Below are positions 31,284 through 43,400 of a stretch of 64,000 nt of DNA, one piece after another. Location of the stretch: NCBI RefSeq assembly GCF_016432865.1, contig NC_067401.1:111166001-111230000 (forward strand), read 5' to 3'. Under the pieces are notes generated by a model that was given only the letters and a program-made list of their open reading frames with translations, ran no database searches and was not told where the DNA came from. Every line of letters begins with the position of its first letter. The first letter of the stretch is position 1. The translations under genes were made by a program, and so were the position numbers. This DNA is from Antechinus flavipes. Its lineage: Eukaryota.

Positions 31284-34200
31284 ATGGATCTCCTGCCCCC
31301 CAAACCCAAGTACAACCCTCTTCGGAATGAATCTCTGTCATCATTGGAAGAGGGGACTCTGGGACCCTTGTCCCCTGGGGAGCTGTCCTCTCCATCTGCC
31401 TCTTCCTTGGGACCCATTTTGCCCCCTGTGCTAGGGGATGATAGTCCTACAACCCTTTGCTCTTTTTTCCCTCGGATGAGCAATTTGAAGCTAGCCAATC
31501 CAACTGGGGGGCGACTGGGGCCCTCTGAAGAGTCAGAACAGGGACCTGAGGAGAGGGAAAGAAATGCAGGGAGGGCTGGGCCAGACTCAGGTCCTTCACC
31601 TCTTCTCCAGGACATGAACAAACTGAGCGGCGGGCGGAGGACTCGGGTGGAAGGGGGCCAGCTGGGGGGTGAGGAGTGGACTCGTCACGGGAGCTTTGTC
31701 AACAAGCCAACTCGGGGTTGGTTACATCCCAACGAAAAGGTCATGGGACCTGGAGTTTCCTACCTTGTTCGGGTGAGTGAATATATCTGTACTTCCAAAT
31801 ACTCCTTCTCTCACCCCTACCCAGTCCTCTCTTGCCTGAAATCTTTTCAAATTCTTTGTTGTACTAGATTTTGTGTCTTCTTCCTCTATCAAATTGTCTC
31901 TCCAGGTACATTAGCCCTCCATAGTTTATTTCTCATCCTGTCTCCTGTCCCAGATGCTTTTCCCATTCCTTTCTGGTTCCTTTTTTTTTTTTTTTTTTTC
32001 CCCTATTCTTCTGCAAACATTCCTATTTCCTATTTTCTTCCTCTTCGTATCATTCCGGTCTTCTCTTCCCAGTACTTAGATTGTCTTTCCACATTACTTT
32101 ACATAGACTGTTTTCCTAACTTGTTCTCTTCTACACTGGGACATAGGAGTGTTTCACACTCAGATACCAATCAGGGTCATTGGGTAGGCATTCTGGATAT
32201 TATTATTAATTCTGGATATTAATATGAGAAAATCCTGAAAGGTTGGGGTGGGGGGGGAGGCAGTATATCTTTTGTGTGTATGGGTGTTGACTGTACTGCT
32301 GATAGTAATTGGCAGTGGTCAAATTCTCCACTTTTCCCTTCCTCCTCCTCCCTCAGTACATGGGTTGTGTGGAGGTCCTCCAGTCAATGCGGGCTTTGGA
32401 TTTCAGTACTCGTACCCAGGTCACCAGGTGAGTTGGATTCATCTGGGTTATGAGTGGTGGGGTTCAGCATTGGGACCAGATAGGGACATGTGGTCATAAT
32501 AGCACAGAAAGAGCTCATTACTGAGGAATGGAGTACTTGGGGCAGCCCATTCAAAGATCTGGGTTCCTCTTCACCTATCTGGCCTTGGAATGGAGCAGGA
32601 ATATCTCCTGAATCAATGAGTGTTGGTCATAGCTTCCTGTGTGCCAAGCCTTAGAAATACAAAGATACTGAAGGGTGGGGGCATGGTTTCAGGGAAAATT
32701 AGTATTTGGTGACTAGAAGGGTTGAGGTTAAGGGGAAGTGACTGGGCCCATCACTGGGCCCAGAGGCCCTAATCCAATCAGCCAGCAAGCAGCTCCTTAG
32801 TATCATCAAATATTAAAGGCCCTTAATTCAATCAGCTACTACAAAGAGCTCAGAGTGCCCCTGGAGTCTGTCCCTGGCTTTCCCTCTCTTAGACTTATGT
32901 TGGGGCCCGGGGAAATCTTTGCTTCTGAGTAAGTCTTTGTCTTCTCAGAGAAGCCATCAGTCTGGTGTGTGAGGCTGTGCCCGGAGCCAAGGGGGCTGCA
33001 CGGAGGAGAAAGGTACCTGGGGAGCATTTTATGGGAGAGTAATAGATGGGAGGAGAGAGGGAGGGAATGTCAGAAGGATTGAAAGGGCAGAGGGGGAAGG
33101 AGGGGAAATGGTTTTCTTATTATAGAAACTGGGTCTTCAGTGCTAGCCATGTGACCCTTAACCCCCCAATTCTCTGTGGATCCTCTCTTAGCCCTGTAGC
33201 CGCCCACTCAGCTCCATACTGGGGAGGAGTAATCTAAAGTTTGCTGGCATGCCCATTACCCTAACTGTTTCTACCAGCAGCCTCAACCTCATGGCTGCAG
33301 ACTGTAAACAGGTTGGTTGGGACTGGGAAAGGGAGGGGGGGTGATCCCTAGGGAGAGGGAAACAGTTTGGCCAATGAAGGGAAATGATCAAAACAGAGGG
33401 GGAGGAGCTGAGGGGAAAACTGAATATCTGGATGGAAGTAGTTAAGGGGCCCTGGTGGAAGGGACCAAGAATTGGAATGGGAGGGAATAAGGGAGCTAGA
33501 AAGGAAGAGAATCCTAAGGGGTGAAGAATGTGGGTCAAAGTGGACCTGCTAACACTGTCCCACCACCCTGAACCCTCAGATCATTGCCAATCACCACATG
33601 CAGTCAATCTCATTTGCATCCGGTGGAGATCCGGTAAGTTGTGGTAAAAAGGGATGGTGGAAAAGTAGAGTGACTGAATTGGGATGGCCTGTAATGTTTG
33701 GGTGGAAGTATATAGGGGGGTTAAGAGATTTTCAGGGGTTGGTGGGGGAGATGACAAAGCTAAGCTGGCTGATTTTGCCCGACTCGGAACCTGATCCCCT
33801 AGGACACTGCAGAGTATGTTGCCTATGTTGCCAAAGATCCTGTCAATCAGAGAGGTAAGAGGAAATATGATGGGATGAGTCCCTGGTTACCAGTTTTCTG
33901 TGGTCCTTGAGGGAGTTTGGAGCTTCCCTTGCCCAGTGGGTGGCTTTTTCCAAGGGGCCTGGGATGGCCGGGTTAGTGCCTAAACATCCCCAGCCCCATA
34001 CTTGTTGCTTATAAGGACAATGCCTGCTGTGCCCATAGCCTGCCACATCCTGGAGTGTCCAGAAGGACTAGCACAGGATGTCATCAGCACCATTGGCCAG
34101 GCCTTTGAGCTGCGCTTCAAACAATACCTCAGGAATCCACCCAAGCTTGTCACTCCCCATGACAGGTAGGATGAAGACTAGGGATGTGGGCATTGGGGTG

Positions 34201-37200
34201 GAAATATTCCCTAGAGGAAAGAACACTTCAGAAATTTCTTCAAAACCCAAATTATCTCATCAGTGCTGCAAGCCTTTTTGAAACTCCTACTCTGCAAAAT
34301 ATGATGCTAGTGAATGGGGATAAAAAGGTCCCCAAATCAAAAGGTCCTCATCCTGATTGTGACAGTTTCCATTCTATTTGGGAGAATGCAATATTTCAAC
34401 CATTCAGTGACTATTATTAAATTGGAGGAGAAAGTGTTAACAGCTGGGTGGGGGATGAAGAGAAGCCAGTGAACCAAGTGGTGAGAAGTGGCACATTATA
34501 AGAAAGCCAATGTTTCTGTGCAGTAGAGGTAAGGGATGTGCTGTCCCTTCTGTGGCCCCCTATCCTCATTGCCTTGTTTTCTTTTGCCCTCTTGAGAATT
34601 CTTTCCTGGAGTCTAACCTCTAACCCTGATACTGCAGTGTCCTTTCTTTGAAAAGATGCGTCACTTTAGTCTAGGCTGTCCCCCTTTTTCCCAGATCCTG
34701 TGCCCCTAACTCCTGCTCAGTCGGTAGCTAGCTATTTTGCTAATATAAAACTTTTTTTAAGGTTCACAAAACCCTTTACATGAATGTCTCATTGGATCCT
34801 TACACAACAGCCCTTTGAGTTAAGTGCTTTGAAGACAGAAGTTGTGACTTGTCCAGTGTCACATGGCTAGTAATGAGATGGTCTTGATTGTAGGGCCAAT
34901 GTTCTGTCTACAGGGTCATCTCACTTCCTTTAGACCAGATTAGCAGGAGATAGTGGGCAGAGTGCTGGACTTGGATTCAGAAAGTCTCTAGTTCAAATTC
35001 TGCCTGCCACTGAGACCAACTCGAGTGAGGACAAGTACCTTCTGTGTGCTTTAGTCTCCTCCTCTGGTGGTCTCCCTGATCCCTGTGAGAGCTAAAGTTG
35101 TGACACTTCTGGCTGCTGCCCCACTTTGACCAGCTAGAAAACAGAATCTCCTCTTGTGGCTGAGATGTGCTGTCTATAGGCCAGTCTGGGTTAGGTCCAG
35201 GAAGTGAAGGAGCCTTCTTTTTCTTTCTCTTCTCCCAGGATGGCTGGCTTCGATGGCTCAGCTTGGGATGAGGAGGAAGAAGAGCCCCCTGACCATCAGT
35301 ACTACAATGACTTCCCAGGGAAGGAGCCCCCTCTCGGGGGAGTGGTAGACATGAGACTTCCTCGTCCAGCCCCACCCAGCACTCAGGCTGCCAGCCACCT
35401 AGGAGCCACTTTGGTACGTTGTTAAGACTGAGCAGGAAGGTCAGCTTGGGCTTGGGGGCTGGACTAGCCCAAAAGTATTCTGCAGCTCTCATGCTGTGTT
35501 TGCCCCCCCTAGCCCGTTGGACAGATCGCTGGCAGTGACTTTGAGGGCCGGAAACAGCTCCCTACTCCTGGGCCAGGTTTGCAGAAAGGGGAGGTTAGGG
35601 GGGAGAGTTTACAGGATTACAGACTCTGGGATTCTGGCTGAACTCCCCTTCCTTTGGCAGGTAGAGAACTATTTGATGATCCCTCCTATGTCAATGTCCA
35701 GAACCTGGAAAAAGTCCGGCAAGGAGCTGGTGTTTCTTCCAACCCTACTACCAATGGCAGTGCTCCACGTGACCTCTTTGACATGAGTGAGTAGTACTCT
35801 TTTCTCCCTTGCTTTAATTTACTTTTTACATTTCTCCTGCTTGTCTTCTCTCCCATCCACCCTACCCACCTTACTCCTCCCCTCAGTTTCTCTTTTCTCT
35901 TCCCATCTTTTCCATCTTGGCTGCTGCTTTGCTTCAAAGTTACCTCTTTTGTCAACTCATAGTAATGGGCTTTGGGGTAGGTCTGTTTTGTGTCTACTCT
36001 TAAGAGAATCCCACTGGTGAAAAGAAGCACATATTGCCTCTTGTCTTTACCCTGACTTGCCTTTACTCCCTCAGAGCCATTTGAAGATGCGCTTCGGGTC
36101 CCCCCACCTGCCCCTACAACAGCAATGGCGGAGCAGCTCCGAGGGGAGCCTTGGTTCCATGGGAAGTTGAGTAGGCGGGAGGCTGAAGGGCAGCTGAGGC
36201 TCAATGGGGATTTTCTGGTTCGGGAGAGTACGACCACCCCAGGCCAGTATGTCCTTACTGGCCTGCAGAGTGGCCAGCCCAAACATTTGCTGCTTGTTGA
36301 TCCTGAAGGCGTGGTAAGCTCCTGGATGTGTGAATGGGTGTGGGTGGGGTCTGGCCTTCTGTCACCATCCTGAAACCTTTCTCTTCTTTGCAATTGTTTC
36401 TTCTACCACCTTTCTCCTTGCAGGTGGCCTATTTTCTACTTCTTCCCACTGTTTCTAAGACAAATCAGCTCTATCAACTAGGAGGTGTTTTTTTGTTCAA
36501 ACCCAACAAGGTTTCTAGGCCTACAGATAAATCTGTTCCTCTAGTTTGTATCCACTTAAAAGCCAAAGAATATTAGAATGTTGAAACCAAAGCTTTTGTT
36601 TTTTACATTTAATTTTAGTTTGTTTTTTGTTTTTTATTCACTCCTCTTCCATATTCCCCTTTTCCCCAAATGAAAAAAAACAAGAAAAAACAAAATGCAT
36701 GTCACATGTTATTAAATTAGCAGTTGTCATTCTTATTACTACAAATAAAGGAACAGGATCTGGAAAGGGCAAGAGACTAAAATAAAGGTCATGTAGCTAG
36801 TTATCGGCAGAGGCAAAGTCTCCTAACTTTCAAATCCAATGTTTTTTTCTTCATGGTGGTTCTTCATCCCATGCATCTCTTCCTATGTAAACTCTCTTTG
36901 CCAGGAATTCACCTGGAACAATTCTATAAGATCCTTAGATCAGGTGGAGGTACATATATATACCTCTAGAACTGTTAATCATTTTGCTCCCATTTTTATC
37001 TATTCCCTCTTCTTTTTCTTCTCTACTCCCTTTGGAGAGTAAGTAAGTAAATCCCTCTATTCTGCAGTTAATTATCTTTGTCTTTACCCAAGTAAGTCAC
37101 TCTTATCAATTTATTTAATAGATAATGATTTCAGGTCTTTGTTTGCCCTATAGATATGCCCCTCCTCTTTACTTCTGTTCTAAAATAATCTTTCTTTTTT

Positions 37201-37620
37201 CTTTTAAGAACCAGGATTCCTCAGTAATAATGGCTTGATACCCTTAGTCTTCCTTACAATTAAGCATTTTCTTCATTCTTTTTGTCCTTTCCTACTTAAC
37301 ATCCCAATTGCCTCAGTCTTCTCTTCCTAACAATTCTCCATCTTTTCCTAGATGACTTAGCTTCTTCAGTGGTAGAGAGCTGAATGCTTCATCTTAATTC
37401 AACCATCCATCTAATCACCTTCCTCTTCCCCTCTCCCCAACAAAAAAAAGAAATGTTCAATGTCTAAATTTCCTCTGCCACCTGCCACTAGGTTCGGACA
37501 AAGGATCACCGATTCGAAAGTGTCAGTCACCTCATCAGCTACCACATGGACAATCACCTACCAATCATCTCTGCAGGGAGCGAGCTGTGTCTTCAGCAAC
37601 CAGTAGAACGGAAGCTATAA
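31284..37620 (+). CDS. SHC1: SHC-transforming protein 1: p66 (569 aa), p52 from ATG 31614, p46 from ATG 31743
   Basis: Exons 31284-31772, 32357-32427, 32949-33012, 33192-33311, 33580-33633, 33803-33854, 34039-34165, 35239-35413, 35513-35576, 35661-35786, 36075-36313, 37492-37620; total 1710 nt. CH2 (S36-P, S54-P, C59), PTB, CH1 (YYND, YVNV) and SH2 (FLVRES) all present. Confidence 0.98.
34960..35050 (+). mobile_element. MIR fragment
   Basis: ggacttggattcag...agttcaaattctgcctgccact. Confidence 0.65.
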
Positions 37621-38574
37621 CTGACCTGATCCTGTTTTCAACGCTATTTCAGCCTCCAGGACATTCCCTTTCACTTTTCTGGTCCCAATTCCAACAGTTT
37701 TCTGGGGAGAAATGTTATGGTTGCAGCACTCTGTGATATCTGTAACTGGCCTAGATCCTTGGGTTCAGGTCCTGGAGGAGGGATTAATCCTTCTCTTCTA
37801 TAAGAGTATTAGTGCCCATGCCAGCCTCATGGACCTAGGCAAGATCCCCCAACCAGAGAGAGGAATCTTAGGGACAATTACAGTGGAATGGGATTTTTCT
37901 TCAAAGGGACAAAATTCTATCCCTTCTCCAGTGTTTAAAACCTTGTGCCTTTGACCATGCGCCAGGTCCAAATAAGTTTTATGCAAAGTTTATCTGTGGG
38001 CTAGAAATGTTTGATACTCTGCCTCTAGAATCATGTTCCCCCAGCCCTCCTTTAGTCTGGTTCTACCAAACTGGGCTTGGAAGACATGGGGCAGATATGG
38101 TTGCTCATCCTTCATCAAAGAGGATGTTCAGTCCTCATAGCCTAGCCCAGAGCACCACTTCCTGGCCAGGGGGAGGTGAATGTCCAGTCCCCAATTCTCC
38201 CCTCTGCCACATACACAGAGTGCCTCCTGGCCAGGCCCCCCTACTTCAGGGGGTCTGTATATACATTTCGTAAACATCCACCCTCCCTATCCCCAGCGTT
38301 GCATGCACATTTTCCTACTTTACAGCCAAAGTGTAGCCCCTTGTAGCCTCTCCAACTCCTTTGAGTTGGACAGTGAATCCAGTGTTTGGTTCTTTTATAC
38401 AGTCAACTCTCAATTTTCTGCATTAATTTGAGGGGTAATGGTTATCTATAACTGTGGATAATTCCCATATAGTTTTTTTTTTTTTTTAGTTTGGGAAGTT
38501 ATAGTTTTTGCAACTGAATTATTTCCTAATTTTGTCTTGCTTGAGCACAAAAGTTATCTTTATACATATAGCAC

Positions 38575-38765
38575 CTTTTTTATTTTTTCAAAGACTTCAT
38601 CTATTATATCATTTTACCATCATGACAAGCCTGTGAGATAAGTAGCATAGGCATTATTATCTCCATTTTACAATTGAGAAAACTGATGCATAGAGGTTAG
38701 GTGATTGTTGAAAGCCACATAGACAGTAAATGGCCAGGACTGAAAACCAGACCTCATCTTAGCCT
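38575..38765 (-). mobile_element. MIR in the SHC1 3' UTR region
   Basis: cctgtgagataagtagcataggcattattatctccattttacaattgagaaaactga...gccacatagacagtaaatggc. Confidence 0.8.
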
Positions 38766-39011
38766 AGGAAAAGGCTGGAATTTAACTTTGCTGCAGATAA
38801 GCCTCAGAGAGGAGCATTTAAATCAATGTATTTATTGAGTACCTGTTGCTAGACAATGGGAGGAATACAGAAGAGATAGAAGATACTCCTTCTAAGGAGT
38901 TGTGGTTAATGGAGAGTTGACTGTATCTTTATCTCCTCTTCTATTTCTCTTTCCTACCCTTATTTTGTTTGAATCGATTCACGGGTCTCACTTATACCAA
39001 AGGGAAATGTC

Positions 39012-39017
39012 ATTAAA
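39012..39017 (+). terminator. Probable SHC1 polyadenylation signal (ATTAAA variant)
   Basis: I saw no AATAAA between the stop codon and this site; ATTAAA is followed by U-rich sequence. Confidence 0.5.
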
Positions 39018-40438
39018 GATCATTATTTCTTTTATCATATGTCTCCCTTTCAATTCAGAACCCCTTCTGTTCTTTTGGGACCTGCTTGGGGTTTGGGGAA
39101 AAGGAAGCAAGCTCTGGTCCCACTTGCAAGTGAAGCGAATGTTCGTGTTACATTTGGGCTTGTGTGTATCTGGCTGATAGACTTGTGGTAGTGTGATACA
39201 AGAAGGAATGGACTGGATGTTGGGGTGATATCACTGTGGGAGGGATATATAGGTGTTATTTCAAGGGATGTGTGGATGAGATGTTGATTGTTTTTGGAGT
39301 ATGATTGATAAGCTGTGAGCGTATCTTCAGTGGTATGGCTATGCAGGAAGGGTGTCTGGGTGGTATGTGGTATTGATATGATTGTGTTTAGGCTTATTAC
39401 TGTAAGAGTAATGTCAGGGTGGGATGTACCATTAAAGTAGTATGGATGTGGAATTAACTATATCTAGATTTTCATATGGCTATATCCAAGGAAAGGACCA
39501 GTATGGAAGTCTTGGTATAATAAATTTGGGTGTAGGAAGGATTACTAAGTGTAGAACTATCGTTGACACTGTGTCTTGACTGTAATATCACTATAGAAAG
39601 GGTAGATGAGTATGAGTGATATGTATCTGGGCATGACCTAGGAGGCATATGTATCTCGGTATAACTGACAGTGGTGTGTCAGCATGACGTGGTTGTATGT
39701 GTGTTTGGGCATAGTATCCCTGCAGGAAGGGTGGGTGAGTGACAGGGCTGTACATGTGTCTGGTGTATCATTGTGGGGAGGGGAGGTGTCCAGGGTAAGG
39801 AGAGCTGGGTGAGTGACAGCTCTGTGAGGGGGGGGGGGTAGCATGGGGTGGATGGTTGAGTGTGATAGTGAGGCCTGTAAGTGTGTCTGAGGGGAGTATC
39901 ACTGGGGGTGGATGGGTGTAAGTATGACAGGCCTATATGTGTGTCTGGCGGCGGCATCACTAGGAGGGGCAGATGGGTGGGTATTCGAGGGCGCATGCCC
40001 TGGGCACCAAGTTGGCTGGCTCTGCCCCTTCCAGGACAGGAATCTGCTGGAGAACGAGTGCGCTGTGATATGCTCAGGCCTGGCTGGACCTTCCCCCTGG
40101 AGTCCCCGTCTCCCGGGCCTCTGGGCTGATGGTAGAGTCCTTGTTTCCGCCTGCATATCTTTTTCTCCCCTCCCCACGGAGTTGGAGTGGTGGAGCCCCA
40201 GTCGAGTTCCGGTTCCGGTTCTGGCGGCGGGCGGGCGGGCGGGTGAGTCGGGAAGGAGCTCCCTATCCGCTCTGGCGCTCGCTCCCTCCTCCGTGCTGCC
40301 CAGGATGGTACCGCCCAGGGGCCTGCGCTGGCCCTGATCCCCCCCTCTGGGAAATGGTGCAGGCCGGGGGCTCTTCGCCCCCCCGCCGCCGTCCGGGCGG
40401 CCGCCGCCGCCGTCGCCGCTGACCCGCGCCCCCGCCCC

Positions 40439-43400
40439 ATGGCCACCGCGGCGCCGCCCCCCCCTGACAAGCTGGAGGGAGGAGGCGGCCCCGCCGCGCC
40501 GCCAGCGCCGCCCAGCACCGGGAGAAAGCAGGGCAAAGCCGGTGAGAGCGGGGGCGGAGGGGCTAGGGCTGGAGCTTGTGAGAAGAGGGGGGGCTCAGAC
40601 GGAGGAGTCCGGGCTGGCGTTCCGGGTTCAGGCTCTTAGGCAGAGGCTTAGAGCAATAAGAAGGATTTCAGGGACCTGAGAGGGGAGGGTGGTGGGGGTC
40701 TTAGGCAGAGGGTTTGAAGAGTCCGAGGGGTCCCAGGGAGAGGAGCTGGGAGCGGGGGTGGGGAGTCTTAGGCTGAGGGTTGCAGGATCGGAGCGGGGGT
40801 GGGGGTGGGGGTCTTAGACCGCGGAGTTTAAAGTTAGGTGGGTAGTCCAGGCTGAGAGTTCTGCGACTCTTAGGCTATGGTCTCAAGCTGAGGGAGCTGA
40901 GGCTCCTCCTGGTCGAAGTGTGTGAGACACCAGCCCCCCAGAGCTTCGGTTGGGGAGTTTTTTCAGGGCAGAGCTGTGAGCTGTAATTTGGGTCTAAGGA
41001 TTAGGGTGGGAATTACCGGCTCCCGGCTGAGGAGTTGGCGGTGAGGGACTTACAGGCTTTTAAATTAAGGGAGGTTGAGGGTTGCCCAGACTGAGAGGAG
41101 ATCGCGTTTACAACGACTCGTGCCCCTTGGAATTCCCACATTCTGCGGGCCTTTGAAGTCGGGAGGGGAGAGATCACGGGAAAGGATTTGTAGCGTTTGA
41201 GGGATGGCCGTCAATGAGCCCCTACCTATATGCCAGGGACTTGGCTAACCACTGGAGATACAAAAAAAGGGGGGAAAACACGGCTAATATCCTATTGGAG
41301 GAAACAGTATTGTAATCTATTGGTTATGTACACACAGTAGGTGGGAGGAGATCTAAAAGGTGAGGCATTAGTAGCTGAAGGAACCAGGAAAGGCCTCCTA
41401 AAGATGGTAGGCTTTGAGCTCAGTCTTTTTTCTTTTTTTTAAATTTTCAGTTCTGGTTCTCTTCCTCCTTCCAGTCCCTCCCCCAACCATTGAGAAGGCA
41501 GAGGAAATTCGATACCCATATGAAGTCATGCAAAACATATTTCCACATTAGCTATGTTGAGGGGAGAAAAAAAGTAAGGAAAATAAAGTTAAAAAAGGAT
41601 ATTTCAATCGACCCTCAGAATTAATCAGCTCTCTAGAGGTGGATTGTATTTTTCACCATGGATCCTTTGGATCACGGTCTTGATTCTAGAAGCTAGATCT
41701 TTCACACTGATCATCCTTACAATATTGCTACTGTGTCCGATATTCTCCTGCTTCTGTTCACTTCTCTTTGTATCAATTCATATAAGTCTTTCTAGGATTT
41801 TCTGAAACATCCCTTTTTACCTTTTGCAGCCCTATAGCATACCATAACAGACAATTTGGCCATTTACCAACTGATGGGTGTCCCCTCAGATTCCAGTTCA
41901 TTGCCATCACAAAAAGAGCGCTATAAATATTTTTATAGATCCTTCTTTGGTCTCTTTAGGATATAGACTTAGTAGTGGTATTATGCAGGTTGTAGTTTGC
42001 ATAGTTTTTTAGCCCTTTGGGCATGTCTGAATTGTTCTCCAAGATTGCTTCACAATCCCACAGTTTATTAGTATCCCTTTTCCATATTCCCTCCAGCCTT
42101 TGTCATGTTCCTTTTCCATTGTGTTTACCAATCTGACGCTCAAGAGTTTTCAGTTTGTATTTCTCTAATCAATAGTTATTTAAAGCATTTTTCATATGAC
42201 TATAGCTAGCTTGGATTTCTTCTGAAAATTGCCTGTTCATATTTTTTGACCCATGAAAATAAAAGAAAGAGGTAGAATATTTTAGGGGGAGTTAAGGGGA
42301 CAGGACAGTCAGTAGAGACAAAGACATCTGGATTTATAGGAGATTCTACTTTGTACATTGGGGGAATTGAGAGGATGGGGCTGGCCAAGGATTCAGCAGG
42401 GCTTCTAAGGTCATTGGAGTCAACCTACTTCTAAAATTGAGGGGGGCCCTTGATTGGGGCCAATTTGAAATGCATGCCAGACTCCTAGAGAACTCTAGCT
42501 ATATCTTAAATTATAGAGACTTAGGCCTGAATTATTTAGTGAGCATCTGGCGGGGAAGAGTTAGCAATTGAGGGAGTCCTAGACGGAAGCTCTGAAACAC
42601 TCCTTTAAATCCCAGACTAAGCCTGGAATGTTGCTCCTCTTTATCCTTCTCCCTTTGCATTCTTCATCCTGGGATTCCAGGTTGAATGGGAGGTAGGAGA
42701 AGAGCAAGCCTTGGGTTGGAAACAATATGGAGACCTGACAGCATTGAAGGAAGAGGCTTAGAGATTTGACTCAGGGCATGGCTTTGGGGAATGGGGTTTG
42801 GGAAGCCTAGATTGCCCATTTCTTGGAGACATCCTCCTCAACCATTCTTTCTTTCCAGGTCTGCAAATGAAGAGCCCAGAAAAGAAACGGCGCAAGTCAA
42901 ATACTCAGGTGAATGTTGTATATTAGGTGGAGTGGTGGTCTTTTTTCATTAGCCTTAAAGATAGATACCACGATCCTGGTTCTTGCAGGCCTATCCTGCT
43001 TGAAAGCTTTATTCCCATCTATTTCTTGGCCTGGGTATAGGAAGAGAAGGAGTTCCTGTTGGTGCCATTTTATGGATCTCTTTTTGATCTATTCACTATC
43101 CCTTCAGGCTTATTCTGAAACAGGTTGAGTTTGATTTTATCAGGGGTCCCCTTCCCACTCTAAATCCTGTGGTATTAGTAAGCCAAGAGACTGGGTTTGA
43201 CAGAAGTTTCTTTTTGTAGCTAGCAACATCCACAATCATTCCCTAGCTACCAAATTTCCTTTATTGTTCCCTTCTATTGTAAGGGAACTATATTTTGGAT
43301 CTCCCTCCCTGTTCTCCAGGTCTTTGTTTTCCTGTGTTCCTTCGCCTGTAATGCCTCCCCTTCCCTTTTTTGTCCTTCCCCTTCCCAGGGTCCTGCATAC

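Noticed and set aside
31773-32222. Hydrophobic C-terminal extension of the 312-aa SHC1 ORF
   Set aside because: Read-through of a T-rich intron past a consensus GTGAGT donor.
39679-40536. 285-aa antisense ORF over PYGO2 exon 1
   Set aside because: Mirror of a GC-rich exon and island plus a low-complexity tract; no recognisable domain.
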